The notes beneath the pieces were generated by a model. That model ran no database searches. It saw only the letters and a list, made by a program, of their open reading frames with translations, and was not told the origin of the DNA. Shown here one piece after another: positions 1 through 12,545 of a DNA stretch of 64,000 bases. Source of the stretch: Chiloscyllium plagiosum (taxonomy: Eukaryota); contig NC_057720.1 of NCBI RefSeq assembly GCF_004010195.1, positions 21,363,882-21,427,881 on the forward strand, written 5' to 3'. Made by a program: the position numbers and the translations under genes. How positions within the stretch are numbered: the first letter of the stretch is position 1; the number at the start of each line of letters is the position of its first letter.

Positions 1-52
1 ATGCATTCTCTCCACAGATGCTGCCAGACCTACCGAGTTTCTCCAGCAATTT
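1..52 (+). mobile_element. Penelope-derived pseudo-LTR 3' fragment (lineage P2), truncated by window edge
   Basis: TCTCCACAGATGCTGCCAGACCT..GAGTTTCTCCAGCAATTT matches the end of the Penelope fragment at 35478-35530. Confidence 0.7.
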
Positions 53-1264
53 ATGGCCAAAATGGAGCTGCTCTCTCTCCAACATTTTTCAAATTTAAAA
101 TAGGAATGAGCTTTGCAGACAGGCCATTGTTATGGGCCTAGAACAACTTCATAAGGCAACCTGTGATTGCTGCTGTTACACTGTTGCTGCTACATGCTGG
201 GGGAGGTAGTGTTTGAAAGGCAGTTGGGGGTGGTCATGAGGTACTTTAAGTCTCCCTAAAGATTACTCCTAAGTTATATATTCTTGATATCTTGAATCCA
301 TGCTCACATGCTCAGGGATATTAACTGAGAGAACCAGACGGAATCTTCAACCATTTAAGGGCAAAGGCATTAAATCGATGAAGAGCTGGCAAGAATCCCT
401 GGGGTGAAAATCAACTATTGCTGCTCAGTAGCCTGTCCCAAGGGAGAGCTTTACAAATGATGAAAGAGTTGGTGCAGGAAGGAGTGTTCCAGGTATCTGG
501 ATCACTGGAATCTCTTCCAGGGTAGGAGGGATATGTACCAGAAAGATGGATTACACTCAGACTGGTGGGACACCAATATAATTGCAGGGAGGTTTTCCAA
601 GTGCGACTTGGGAGGGTTGAAATTAGAGTAGCAGGGGATGGGAACCAGAGCAGCAGGTCAGCATGTGGAGAGATTGAGGAGAAGGTAGAGATAATAAGAA
701 CAGGCAGAGCTAGGCTAACAAATAAGTGGGACTCATGGCCTGCAGTGTATTTACTTTAATACAAGGACCATACCAGGTAAGGCAGATGATCTTAGACTCT
801 GGGTTAATATATGGGAGTATAGTGTTGGAGCCATTACAGAAATTTGGGCAGGACTCACATTTCAGGGTTTAGCGGTTTTAGGAATGAGAGAGAGGGGGTA
901 TAAAAAATGCAAGGGAGGAGATTGCTGGGGCATTGACAGGGATCTCTGAATCCTCTTTAGGTAAAGGAGAAGTCCCATAAGACTGGAGAATAGCCAATGT
1001 TGTTCCGTCATTTAAAAAGGGCAATAAGGATAATCCAGATAATTATAGGCCAGTGAGCCTGACATCAGTCGTAGGGAAACTATTGGAAAAGATTTTTTGG
1101 GACAGGATTTTCTCACATTTGGAAAAGAATGGACGTATTAGGGATACTCAGTATGGGATTGTGTGGTGTAGGTCTTGTCTCACAAATTTGATTGAGTTTT
1201 TTGAGGTAGTGACAAAGATGATTGATGAGGATAGGCTGATGGATGTTGTCTACATGGATTTTAC

Positions 1265-1385
1265 TACATGCACTTTACCTGATGAAATGGCTATGCTATG
1301 AAAGCTTGTGATTTCAAATAAACTATAACCTGGTGTCATATGACTTCTAACTTTGTCCACCCCAGTCCAACACCAGCACCTCCAC
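1265..1385 (+). mobile_element. Penelope-like short element (lineage P3) with minimal hammerhead motif
   Basis: CTGATGA-A-ATGGC-TAT-GCTAT-GAA-AGCT-T at 1279-1307, followed by AACTATAACCTGGTG...CCCAGTCCAACACC also seen at 9350-9363 and, reversed, at 54085-54160. Confidence 0.7.
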
Positions 1386-2047
1386 TGAACAAGTGTGAGG
1401 TCTTGCATTTTGGGAGGTCAACTGCAAGTGAAAAGTACACTGTAAATTGAGGACCCTTAGGAATATTGATTATTCAGAGGTTTCTTGGGGTGTGAGCCCG
1501 TAGCTCCCAGAAAGAAGCAATACAAGTGGATAAGGTGGTAAAGAAGGCATATGATATGTTTGCCTTCATTGGTCGGGACATTGAACATAAAGGTTGGCAA
1601 GTCATGTTGCAGCTATATAAAACTTCAGTTAGGCCATATTTGGAGTATTGTGTGCAGTTCTGGGCTCCACATTACAGGAAGGATGTGGAGTCTTTGGAGT
1701 CAATGCAGAAGAATTTTACTAGGATATTGCCTGGACTGGAGTATATTAGTTATAAGGAGAGGCTGGACACATGTAGATTGTTTTTCCGAGAGCGCTGGAG
1801 GCTGAGGGGCAACTTGGTAGAAGTATATAAAATTACAAGAGGCACGGATAGTCAGAGTCTTTTTCCCAGGGTGGAAATGTCAAAAGGAGCATAGGTTTAA
1901 GGTGAAAGGGCGAAAGTTTAAAGGAGATGTTTAAGGCAAGGTTTTTTTACACAGAGGGAAGCAGGTGCCTGGAACGCATTGACAGTGAAAGCGATAGAAG
2001 CTGATATGATCGCTATGCTTAAGGGACGTTTGGACAGACACATGAAC

Positions 2048-2173
2048 CGAAGAAGGGCTTATGCCCGAAACGTCGATTCTCCTGCTCCTTTGATGCTGCC
2101 TGACCTGCTGCGCTTTTCCAGCAACACATTTTTCAGCTCTGATCTCTAGCATCTGCAGTCCTCACTTTCTCCA
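2048..2173 (+). mobile_element. Short Penelope pseudo-LTR insertion (lineage P1) inside CR1, 12-bp TSD
   Basis: AGACACATGAAC at 2036-2047 and 2174-2185. The body matches the 3' end of the Penelope fragment at 29117-29246. Confidence 0.85.
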
Positions 2174-3034
2174 AGACACATGAACTGGCAGGGAATACAG
2201 GGATATGGACCATGTGCAAGCAGATGGGATTAGTTGGGAATGGCATCATGGGCAGGACAGACGTGGTGGGTTGAACAGCCTGTTCCTGTGCTGTACTGTC
2301 TTATGCTCAGTGCTTTATGTTCTATGTTCTAAATGATTGGTACATCTACCTCTGATAAGGAATAATGTACAAAAAACATTTGTAAATATACTGCACATCT
2401 GCACTTGCTGTAAAGCTGTCATTGTCAATTTCTTGTGGAATAACTAGTTACGACCGTATTTTTATTAACACACAGGCTAAATTCTGTTAAGCGTCTCCTC
2501 CATTTATATACAAACATTGCTTATTAGTTTGTGAAGAAATTGTGGATGTCAACCTGGTTTACATTTGATAGACGATTAATATAATTCCTGAGGACAACAA
2601 TGTTCCTTGTTATATATATATATAAGCATGCCAAACCTGACTGGTGTATCAGCTCCTGGGGTCTGCTTTGCATGTTGATATTAAGCTCTTGATTCTCTGT
2701 GGATGAGGTGCACTTTTACAAGGCAATTAGCCACGGTGAATTGAATTAAATTCTGGAATGTGTTTTATTTTGTCCATGAACATTAAATGAATGTTCATCC
2801 TAGAGTGACTGGTGCAGTATCAACATGAGGTTGACAGTAGGCCCATCCTAACACAGAGATACATTTGGAAGATTTATTTTGTTGCAAAACCATGTTGGTT
2901 GTCTGAGCTGTCTGACTCATTGCTCATCAGGCAAGAGCTCTCTGTACTATTGCTCACCATGATAGTTGTTTACATTGTCATTCTCTTTCCATGTTGGATT
3001 CACAGGCCTGCTTTGTGCAAGGAATACCACTTGG

Positions 3035-4452
3035 GAGTCAGACAAAGTTAACATGATTTTTCAAAGGGAACATGTAGGAAATCATGTCTCACTAAATTGG
3101 TTGAATTTTTTAAAAAGGTAACAACAATGATTGATGAAGGCAGAGCAATGGATGTTGTCTATATGGACTTCACCAAGGCATTCAACAAGGTAATGCTTAG
3201 TAGACTGGTTAGCAAGGTTAGATCACATGGAATCCAGGGAGAGCTGGCCAGGTGGATGTAAAATTGATTTGAAGGTAGGAGACAGAGGGTGCTTTTCAGA
3301 CTGGAGGCCTGTGAAATGTGCCGCAAGGATTGGTGCTGGGTTCACTGCTTTTTGTCACTTTTATAAATGATTTGGATGTGAACATAGGAAAAATGATTAG
3401 TATGTTTGCAGGTGCCACTAAAATTGCTGGTGTAGTGGACAGTTATCTCAGAGTACAACAAGACCTTGTTCAGATGGGCTAGTGGGCCAAAGAGTGACAG
3501 TGAGATAAATGTGAAATGTTGCATTTTGGAAAGGAAAATCAGGCAGGACTAATATGCTTAACAGCAGGGTCCTGGGAGTGTGGCTGAACAAAGAGATCTT
3601 TGGGGTGCAGGCTCATAGTTCCTTGAAAGTGGAGTCACATGCCGACAGGGTAGTGAAGAAGATGAAATAAAAATTGAAAGAACTTTGGATGCTGGAAATC
3701 AGAGGTAAGAACAGAAATTGCAGGAAAAGCTCAACAGGTCTGGCAGCATCTGAGGAGAGAAATCAAAGTTAATGTTTCACATTCAGTGACCCTGCTATAG
3801 AACTTTTTTTTTCTAGTGAAGATGATGTTTGGTACGCTCATCTTTATTGGTCAGTGCATTGAATATAGGAGTTTGGAGGTCATTTTGCAGCTGTACAGAA
3901 CATTGGTTAGGCCACTTTTGGAATACTGCATTCAATGCTAGTGTCTGCACTATAGGAAAAATGTTGCTAAACTCGAAGGGTTCAGAAAAGATTTATATAG
4001 GTGTTGCTGGGATTGAAGTGTTTAAGCTATAGGGAGGGGCTGAATAGGCTGAGGCTACTTTCCCTGGAACGCTGGAGGCTGCGGGGTGGCCCAATAGAGA
4101 TTTTTTTGAATCATGAGGGGTATGGATAGGTGGATAGCCAAAGTATTTTCCCCAGGGTAGGAGAGTCCAAAACTAGAGGTTTAAGGTGAGAGGGGAAAGT
4201 TAAAAGGGACCTAAGAGGCAAATTATTTACTCAAGAGAGTAGTCTGTGTATGGAATGAGCTGCCAGAGGAGACTAGTACAATTACAGTATTTAAAAGGCA
4301 TCTGAATGGGTATATGAATAGAAAGGATTGAGAAGGATATGGGCTAAATGCTGGCAAATGGGATGGGAGTAATTTTGGTTATCTGGTCGGCATGGACGTG
4401 TTGGACCGAAGGGTCTGTTTCCATGCTGCTCGATTCTATAATTATGACTCTA
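3035..4452 (+). mobile_element. CR1/HER1-like LINE 3' part, degenerate
   Basis: RT remnants (SCLTKLVEFF, DVVYMDFTKAF), RPLLEYC motif, 3' tail GGACCGAAGGGTCTGTTTCCATGCTG..ATGACTCT. Confidence 0.9.
3665..3813 (-). mobile_element. Short Penelope pseudo-LTR insertion (P2) inside CR1, 14-bp TSD
   Basis: TAGTGAAGAAGATG at 3651-3664 vs TAGTGAAGATGATG at 3814-3827. Confidence 0.8.
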
Positions 4453-5050
4453 GCTTTTATTTTAGCATTTTATGAGAATACAACTAATTGGGATGAAAGG
4501 AAGCCAGTTGACTAGCAAAAGGCATTTGATGAGGTAGTACACAAAAGGTTAATCCGCAAAATAAGGGCTCAAGGAGTTGGGGATCATGCAAAGAGGACAG
4601 GAGGCAAAGAGTAAGGCTAAATCGAGCTTTTTCACATTATTAGGCAGTGACTAATGGAGTGCTGCAATGATCAGTGCAGGGGCCTCAGCTATTTACAATC
4701 TACTTTAATAACACAGACAAACAGACTGAAAGCAATCCATCTGGGCTTGCTGGGTAGAAGCTGTGAGGAGGGCACCAGATATAGAGATGGGTTAAGCGAG
4801 TGTGCAACAAGATTTCAGATGGATTACAATGTGAGGAAGTGTGAGGTTTTCACTCTGATAGTAAGAATAAAAAAAGAATATGTTTTAAAAGACGTAAAAC
4901 TTATAACGTTGATGTCAGAGAAATGTCTGTATACTTGGACAAGAAATAGAATGCAGAAATCGCAAGCAATTAGGAAGATAAGTGCATATTGATCTTAATT
5001 GCAAAGGACAGGAGTACAGGAATAAAGCAGTCTTTCTATAATCATAAAGG

Positions 5051-5198
5051 AACAAAAACAGAAATTGTTGGAAAAACTCAGGTCTGGCAGCTTTTGTGCA
5101 GAGAAAGCAGAGTTAATGTTTCGAGTTAACAGGGTTCTCTGTCAATTTCTGTTTTTTGCTTCAGATTTCCAGCATCTGCAGTTCTTTAAATTATTGCC
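5051..5198. mobile_element. Short Penelope insertion (P2) with internal inversion, 10-bp TSD
   Basis: ATCATAAAGG at 5041-5050 and 5199-5208. The left part is antisense pseudo-LTR and the right part is sense. Confidence 0.75.
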
Positions 5199-5473
5199 AT
5201 CATAAAGGGCTGTGGTGAGTTCATATCTGGGGTAATGTGTCCAGTTTTGGTGCTGTATTAAGGAAGAATATACTTACATTTGAAAAAGTATAGTGAACAT
5301 TCACTCTATTGGTTCCTGGGTGGTGAGGGTTTTATATTCTGGAGCATAGAAGTTTATCGGGTAATTTCAGTGAAACATGCAAATGTGCGAAGGGCTCAGC
5401 TGGGTTGATACAGAGAGATTGTTATTCCAGGCTGAGGAATCTAGAACATAAGAGCACAGCTTCAGGATAAAAA

Positions 5474-5798
5474 TTAGAATCCCTACAGTGTGGAAACAGG
5501 CCCTTCAGCCCAACAAGTCCACTCTGAAGCTCCAAAGAGTAAACCACCCAGACCCATTCCCCCTGAATGATGCACCTAACCTACACATCCCTGAACACGA
5601 TGGGCAATTTAGCACAGTCAATTCACCTAACCTGTACATCTTTGGACTGTGGGAGGAAACTGGAGTATCAGGAGGAAACCCACACTGACAGAGGGAGAAT
5701 GTGCAAACTCCACACAGTCAGTCATCTAGGCTGGAATTGAACCCAGGTCCCTGGTACTGTGAGGTATCAGTGCTAACTACTGAGCTACCATGCCACCC
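5474..5798 (-). mobile_element. HE1-type V-SINE
   Basis: Reverse complement of the tRNA-like head, GTGTGGAGTTTGCACATTCTCCC core and CR1-like tail seen at 38136-38455. Confidence 0.9.
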
Positions 5799-8556
5799 TG
5801 GAGAGACATTTAGAATCAAGAGTGCATTTTTTTTCCCCCTTAAATGACTATAAATATTTGGGACTCTCTACCAGAGAGGGTTGTGAATGATCCCTTGTTG
5901 AATCTATCCACAGCTGAGATAGATTTTTAGTCTCTCAGAGAATTAAGGAATATGTGGAGTGGACAGGAAAGAACGATAAGGCCAAAGGTCAGCAGTGATC
6001 AGATTGAGTGATATACCAAGCTCAGAGAGCTGTACGGTCTTCTCTCCTCTGCTCTTGTTCTCTGATCCAAGAGTTACCCAGTCTTAAACAAAAAGTGAAA
6101 TAGTTTTTGCTAAGCACTCTATTTGGATTGAATTGGTCTCGTGTCATCAATAAACTTCACCTCTTCAACTTATCCACAAAGAAAAATCTATTTGAGTCAC
6201 AATTCTGGACAGCTAAATTAGCCATAAACACACACAATTGCAAAGATGAATGTCATATCGCCGCATACATGTTTAAGATTAGAAGGAAAAATCATCGGGT
6301 TCTGTAAAGATATAATTAGAAGTACTTTTATTATTAACCATCTGCCTTGCCAATGAACATACACTTCTTGTACACAGGAGACCAATTTATTTTGCTTCTT
6401 CTACTCTGACTATTTGCATTGACATCCAGGTCTGCCAGGAACATGCAATTGTGACAACTTTGCTATTGAACTGTAACCATGAACCATCAGCCTCTGATTT
6501 TCATTCTAAACACGGCTCCATCTAATTATCACAGTTTGTGCATCTTCTGGACTGCTTACTGTTTAGGCAGAGCTACTAAAATGATACATACATATGATTA
6601 GCATATTATTCCATGAGACCTTATTAGTTTTACCAGTTGACGCTGTGATAACAGCATTGAATTCCTTTTTATTCTTCTGTAACACTTCTTTGCAATGCCA
6701 AAATTAAGCTGGACTAACTTCAGCCTCGGTCTCTAGGGTAGACCTTCAATCATGGCTTTGCACAATCTAACGGTTAATCTCTGCTCACATTGAGTTTAAA
6801 GACTTTTAAAGGCACCGTGCTATGGCATCTGAAAGATGTCACTGACAAGAGGCTGCTGGGAGATGGACTGTTGCTGATCTGCCCTTAATGAGCCACTTGC
6901 ACACTGCTGATAAGGCCTAGAGATTTACAGGCACAGACAACATTGAGCTAAAACAGGCTTTTTTTCTATTGACATGCTGTCCGTCATTTATATCAGTCAT
7001 CACCACAGTCGAGAACAGTGAGCTAAAACAATCGGGCCCGTGTTTCTGCTCTGCTGAACAGGGACAGATGTCAGATAAATGATAGAGCTGTGCCGGCAAA
7101 ATCTAAAGGGTTGGATGTACACCTCACATTTCTCAAAAGCTGTGTTGAAATAGGGCAGACACTGTATAGATAAGTGAAAGCATAACGTAGTTAGGACAAA
7201 TAGCACAAGAGAAAAAAATTGATCCTGTATTTCAGCCACTCTTACCTTTTTTTTCCCCTCAGAACATGTCATGCTGAATCAATGTTTGAAGTTTAACTGG
7301 TGACAGAGAGTACAGGTCTTCATTGATAAGAAGTGATTGCATCTTTTGCCATTAGAGATTAACATTAAGACAGAAGAATATTCAAAGACAGGTATTTATT
7401 GTGCATGATACTTGTGTGAAGAAGGCAAGATACCAGAGAGTAAGGGCAAAATTGGTTATATTAAAGACATTGTCGCAATGGTACCTCAGTAAACCCATGT
7501 TTCGTTCACACTTGACGCTTATTTCTTGTGACTACTTTTATATAGACTTCTGTCCTGCTGTTTTTGTCTAATTTCATATTTATATTTGAGCTTCTTGACA
7601 ATCGAATATAACATTGGTTTGGCTTTGAACATCCATGACATCAATTTGATTGTCTAAATTATCACAGCAAATCCTTTTTCTTTGAATGTAATATTTCTCA
7701 CCATAATTGTACATGCTATAAAAGGATAACAGCTATTGATAGTGCAGCTTACAATGTCTGGATTTTACTTCGGTTGCTATGAGTTGACAGAGAATGGAGA
7801 GAAAAGATTTTGGATACTGAAAGATTTATGCTTTTCCCATGTGAGAAATTCTCGATGATCACATTGTATTTAATTTGCTGAAGTTTGTCATATGGAGTGC
7901 AACTGAAATGCTTTGAGTTCTTTGAGGGTTTCGTGATTAAGAAAACCAGGATCACAAGGATCTTCATTTAAACTAAGTGCAAACTAATTTTAGTATGAAA
8001 CCGCTGATATGATGAATAGTAAAATCTTTAATTATTGCGTAATACCAAGGATTATCACTCCTTTGTGATAACAGAACAATGACGTATTGTCTATCTCTTA
8101 TCCAACCAATCACACAGATAACCAATTCAATTGAGATCAGTTATACACCTTTTAATGCCCAGCCCCTTTCAAAAATCTCAATAACCTCAACAATCATAAA
8201 TTAACTAAATGACGTTCTAAAGAAAAAGTATTGCATTTAGATTAATGTTGTTTTATGAAATAGAAATGCTTTGAGATTCCTTTGAAGATGACGAGCCATA
8301 TTTATACTAGCATGGCTCATACATCACTTGATTTGGAAAATTGGAAGGATAAACTCAATTGCCTGCCATGAGAGTTAAGCAGCTCTTACATCCTATTGAT
8401 CTTTCTGATTTAGTTGAGATTGTGTTTAGCTAATACAGCCTATCTATTACAAATCTAACCTACAGGAGTTATGAATGTCTGATAGGGAAAACAACAATGA
8501 AAAGCACCAGCATGATTCCACAGACCACAGAGCGTGTAGGAATTGATATTGAGGGA

Positions 8557-8900
8557 AGATGGTGGTGCAGTGGTAATGTCAATGAGCTAGTAACCCAGAA
8601 CCTCAGGCTAATTTTCAAAGTACATAGGTTCAAATACTGCCAAGGTGGAAATGGAGGAAATAAACAGTGGCCTAACGGTAAACGTGCAACCACTATTGCT
8701 TGTTGCAAAACCTAACTGGTTCGCTAATGTCCTTTAGTAAAGAAAATTTACCATCTTTACCTGGTCTGACTGACATGCTAACCCACAGCAAGGTGCTTGA
8801 CTCTTACCTGCTGTTTAGAATGACCCAGGAAGCTATTCAATTCCTGGGCAATAAATGCTGGACTAGCAAGTGATGGTCAAATGCCATGACTAAAGAAAAG
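8557..8900 (+). mobile_element. tRNA-headed SINE, second family (family B)
   Basis: A-box-like TGGTGCAGTGG and B-box-like GGTTCAAATAC. The core CTGGTTCGCTAATGTCCTTTAG..CCTGGTCTG and tail GGGCAATAAATGCTGG recur in several copies. Confidence 0.75.
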
Positions 8901-9089
8901 CAATGCTGGGGTCGGGGGTTGGGGAATGTGCAATACATGGAGAGGAGGAGATGAAGTGTGGGGATGTATGAGGACCAGGCACTGCTGCTTGGGAATCAAC
9001 ATGTTTCCTTACTAAACTCCTGTGACAATAGAACTGCAAAGCCCAAACAAGGCATCTGACCATGAGTAAAATACTCTTCAAATCTGAGC

Positions 9090-9380
9090 TGAGATGTTGC
9101 CTTTTGTTATAAAACCTTAAGTTATCTTGAGAATGTGCCTTAAAAGAAGTTCTAGGATTAACAAATTAAGGAACCAAAAACAGCAAACCCATTCTAAAAG
9201 ATGAAAGACTTAACAATCCACGTTTGTTCAATGTATCATTGTATCACTGTAATCTTTTGCTATAAATTCTGTGTCTAATGTCCTGTTTCACAACCACCTG
9301 ATGAAGGAGCAATACTTCGAAAGTTAGTGCTTCCAAATACACCTGTTGGACTATAACCTGGCGTTGTTATTTTTAACCTT
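9090..9380 (+). mobile_element. Penelope-like element end (P3) with degenerate hammerhead at 9298-9326
   Basis: Homologous to the reverse complement of 56143-56400. CAC-CTGATGA-A-GGAGC..CTTC-GAA-AGTT-A-GTG. Confidence 0.7.
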
Positions 9381-9591
9381 GGAAAAGCACAGCAGGTTAG
9401 GCAGCATCCGAGGAGCAGGAAAATTGATGTTTCGGGTAAAAGCCCTTCTTCAGGGATGATTCCTGATGAAGGGCTTTTGCTCGAAACGTAGATTGTCCTG
9501 CTCCTCGGATGCTGCCTGACCTGCTGTGCTTTTCCAGCACCATTCTAATCTAGACTCTGGTTTCCAGCATCTGCAGTCCTTGTTTTTACCT
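9381..9591. mobile_element. Head-to-head (fold-back) Penelope pseudo-LTR insertion (P1), 14-bp TSD
   Basis: 74-bp inverted arms at 9381-9454 and 9462-9535. TTATTTTTAACCTT at 9367-9380 and 9592-9605. Confidence 0.88.
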
Positions 9592-9862
9592 TTATTTTTA
9601 ACCTTATCCATTCTTCAAACTGTGTGAAGAATTTCACTTGGTGCTTTCCTGAATTGTGAATGAACAGTTACTTACTGTGCGTTTGAGAGGAATTTTTACT
9701 TGAGAAGGGAGGAGGGGGATTGGGTTTCTAAATAGGCAGCAGGTTCAAAATGCTGGTGAGTTGAGACCTGCAAGAATCCGCTAAATTCTAATTAAACATG
9801 AATGCAATCCATAGCACTATCCCTATGGGACAGGGAAATCGGCTATTTAAATATGTATGTAA

Positions 9863-9907
9863 AGGAATTCCTGAAGAAGGGCTTATGCCCGAAACGTCGA
9901 TTTTCCT
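9863..9907 (+). ncRNA. Minimal type-I hammerhead ribozyme motif (best-preserved copy) in a P1 insertion at about 9865-9960
   Basis: AGGAATTC-CTGAAGA-A-GGGC-TTAT-GCCC-GAA-ACGT-C-GATTTTCCT: full catalytic core, 4-bp stem II, palindromic ACGT and predicted GUC cleavage after 9898. Activity is inferred, not shown. Confidence 0.7.
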
Positions 9908-10129
9908 TCTCCTTTGATGCTGCCTGACCTGCTGCACTTTTCCAGCAACACATTTTTAAGCATGATTCTTTTTGCACCAAACACAGGCTGAACTAGTATT
10001 TGTACTGAAGGTCCCAGATTGGTCACTATAGAGACTCATTTACATTTTAAAAATCCCAGGAAAATTGCCCCCATGCTGCTTAGTTGCACATGGTGGAAAT
10101 TTCATTGGTAACCAAACAGAAGCTAAAAA

Positions 10130-10242
10130 ATTCCTTTACCTCTCTTCAACAATTCTTTGTCCTTTTACTCAATGCCTTAAAACTTTCCTCTTTTGGTGAT
10201 GTCTGTTATAATGTCTGTTTAGGTGTCTTGTGTTACATTTTT
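10130..10242 (+). mobile_element. L2-like LINE 3' fragment
   Basis: Similar to the tails at 18230-18415 and 30300-30450 (CTTAAAAC..CTCTTT..). Confidence 0.45.
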
Positions 10243-10297
10243 GATTAGATTACTTACTGTGTGGAAATAGGCCCTTCGGCCCAACAAGCCCACACTT
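10243..10297 (-). mobile_element. HE1 SINE 3' tail fragment
   Basis: GATTAGATTAC..TGTGGAAATAGGCCCTTCGGCCCAACAAG. Confidence 0.75.
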
Positions 10298-10384
10298 GTT
10301 CATCTAAACTCTCGGAATCAGGACTGGCAGAGGTCTACTCCATTAAAGACATCATGTAATTACACATTGGTGCCTGGGCTCTTG

Positions 10385-10885
10385 TGGAAGGATGTGGAAG
10401 CATTGGAAAGAGTGCACTGGAGATTTACCAGGATATTGCCTGGTTTGGAGGGAAGGCCTTATGAGAAAAGGCAGAGGGATTTGAGGTTGTTTTCATGAGA
10501 GAAAAGAAGGTTAAGAGGTGATAATAGAGACATACAAGATGATTGGAGGATTAGATAGGGTGGACAGTGAGAGAAGTTTCCTTAGGTGGCGATGGCCAGC
10601 AAGAGGGGACATAGCTTTAAATCGAGAGGTGATAGATATAGGACAGATGTCAGAGTAGGTTCTTTAATCAGAGAGTAGTCAGGATGTGGAATGCCCTCCC
10701 TGCAACAGTAGTAGTAGACACACCAACCTTAAGGGCAATTAAATGGTCATTGGATAAACATATGGATGATAATGGAATAGTGTAGGATAGATAGACGTCA
10801 GATTGGTTTCACAGGTCAGCATAACGTTTGAGGGCCGAAGGGCCTGGACTGTGCTGTAATGTTCTTTGTTCCATGTTTTATGTTA
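10385..10885 (+). mobile_element. CR1 LINE 3' end
   Basis: KDVEALERV..RFTRILPGL and WNALP remnants. Tail GAGGGCCGAAGGGCCTG..GTTCTTTGTTCCATG. Confidence 0.85.
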
Positions 10886-11422
10886 AGTGGCAGTGTCCCT
10901 GTATCTTGGGTGGGGGGGGGGGGGGGGGAGGGGGAGCGTGAGGAGGCTGGATGTCTATGCTTGAGTCCCACCTACCTCAGAGGATTGACATAGCAAATCT
11001 GAATAGGATGATTCAAAATACTTATCAGAAGCCTTGGGTTCAAGTCTCACTTTCTCCTGAGACACGTCATGACCCCTCTGAACACTGTTTAAAAAACATA
11101 TATAAATGTAATTTGAAAAGGGTACTTATGGTGCAGTGGTAATGTTCATAACCTCCAGGCCAGAAGGTCTATGTTCAAGTCCCAGATATGTATTTAACAT
11201 GTCTGAACAAATTGATTGAAAATATTTATAAATTCATGAGATCCGTCTTCAATTCTTCTTTCATGCATAGTATCACTGTCCTCCAATTTGTTTTAAACTT
11301 CAAGGTAAAACAATATTTAATAATTATTTGTACTTTTACAAGACCCCCTCAGTAACCTTCCCTTAAGGCTAAAGATCCTCAACTTTCCAAGCTTTTTGGT
11401 GACAGGAATTCTTAAGTATCTG

Positions 11423-11947
11423 GCGAGACCGCATCCAAGGAGCAGGAGAGTCAAAGTTTTGAGCATAAAATCTTCATCAGGAATGAGGGGGTGGCCCAAG
11501 GGGAATGAGAGATAAATGGGAGGGGGTTGGGGCTGGGGCAAAGGTAGCTGTGAATGCAATAGGTAGATGAAGGTGGGGTAAAGGTGATCGGTCAGAGAGG
11601 AGGGGAGAGCGGATAGGTGGGAAATAAGGTGCACAGGTAGGACAGTTCAAAAGGGTGGTGCTGAGTTGAAAGGTTGGATCTGGGATAAGGTGGGGGAGAG
11701 GAAATGAAGAAGCTGGTGAAATCCACATTGATCCTGTGTGGTTGGAGGGTCTGAAGGCAGAAGATGAGGTGTTCTTCCTCCAGGTGTTGGGTGGCTAGAG
11801 TTTGGCGGTGGAGGAGACCCAGGACTTGCATGTCCTTGGCGGAGTGGGAGAGGAGTTAAACACACCCTCCATTGACTGGCTGTGCTTTTCCAGCACCACT
11901 GTCTTTGACTCTGATCTGTAGCATCTGCAGTCCTCACTTCCTCCTAC
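11423..11947 (-). mobile_element. Penelope 3' fragment (endonuclease C-terminus plus pseudo-LTR) with inverted 5' piece
   Basis: ORF 11592-11831 (MQVLGLLHRQ..LEEEHLIF.L.TLQP..INVDF) is homologous to 28790-28880. A sense piece lies at 11875-11945. Degenerate 13-bp TSD at 11410-11422 / 11948-11960. Confidence 0.8.
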
Positions 11948-12174
11948 TCTCAATTATCTGTCAATATTATGCATACAGAGAGAGGTTGGATGAGGTAGAG
12001 GAGGGGAACTCTGCCATTATGATAGAGAATCAAGGTTCCAGAATGGTAATTTCTGGAATCATTTATTTCCATCATCATTAGTGTTACCAAGAGACTTTCT
12101 TTTATGTGTGGTTCATTTGTAGTTCTACTATCTTAACTTCTTGTAGCATTTGCTTTGCTTTTGTATGTTGAAAT

Positions 12175-12545
12175 TTTTTTATTCGCTTGTGGAATGTGGG
12201 CATTGCTGGGTGGCCAGCTTTTATTGCTTGTCCCTAGCTACCCTTTAACTGAATGCTTTGCGAGGCCATTTCAGAGGGTAATTGAGAGTCAACCACATGA
12301 CTGTGGCTCTGGAGTCACATGTAGGCCAGACCAGGAAGGAATGGCAGATTTCCTTTACATTAATGAGCCTGATGGGGTTTTCTGACAATCGGCAATGGTT
12401 TTGTGGTCATCATTAGATTCTTAATTCCAGACTTGTTTTATATATTGAATCCAAGTTCTCTCATCTGCCATGGTCCCCAGATCATTAGCTGAGTTTCTGG
12501 ATTAATAGCCTTAGCCATAATACAGGTAGACCATTGTCTCCCCTC
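12175..12545 (-). mobile_element. SINE family B
   Basis: Reverse complement of the family B head, core and tail (GGAGTCACATGTAGGCCAGACCAGG..GGCAGATTTCCTT). Confidence 0.8.

Larger units (their letters stand above)
330..2330 (+). mobile_element. CR1-clade LINE, degenerate and internally deleted (ORF1 esterase end, endonuclease start, RT pieces, 3' tail)
   Basis: Translated remnants RYLDHWNLFQGRRDMYQKDGLH (ORF1 SGNH-type), CIYFNTR..GKADDL (endonuclease start), DWRIANVVPSFKKGNKDNPDNYRPVSLTS, RPYLEYCVQFWAPHY. 3' tail ends TGTTCTATGTTCT. Interrupted by insertions at 1265-1385 and 2048-2173. Confidence 0.9.
4500..6060 (+). mobile_element. Older degenerate CR1 LINE with nested insertions
   Basis: KAFDEV-like, QMDYNVRKCEV and CVQFW remnants. 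Interrupted at 5051-5198 and 5474-5798. Confidence 0.7.

Noticed and set aside
9685..10072. Possible MITE bounded by GGAATTTT / GGAAAATTGCCCC
   Set aside because: The terminal inverted repeats are too short and degenerate to support from this window alone.
10908..10935. Poly-G run with G-quadruplex potential
   Set aside because: Homopolymer expansion within a degenerate SINE-like head. Its length is error-prone and there is no evidence of function.
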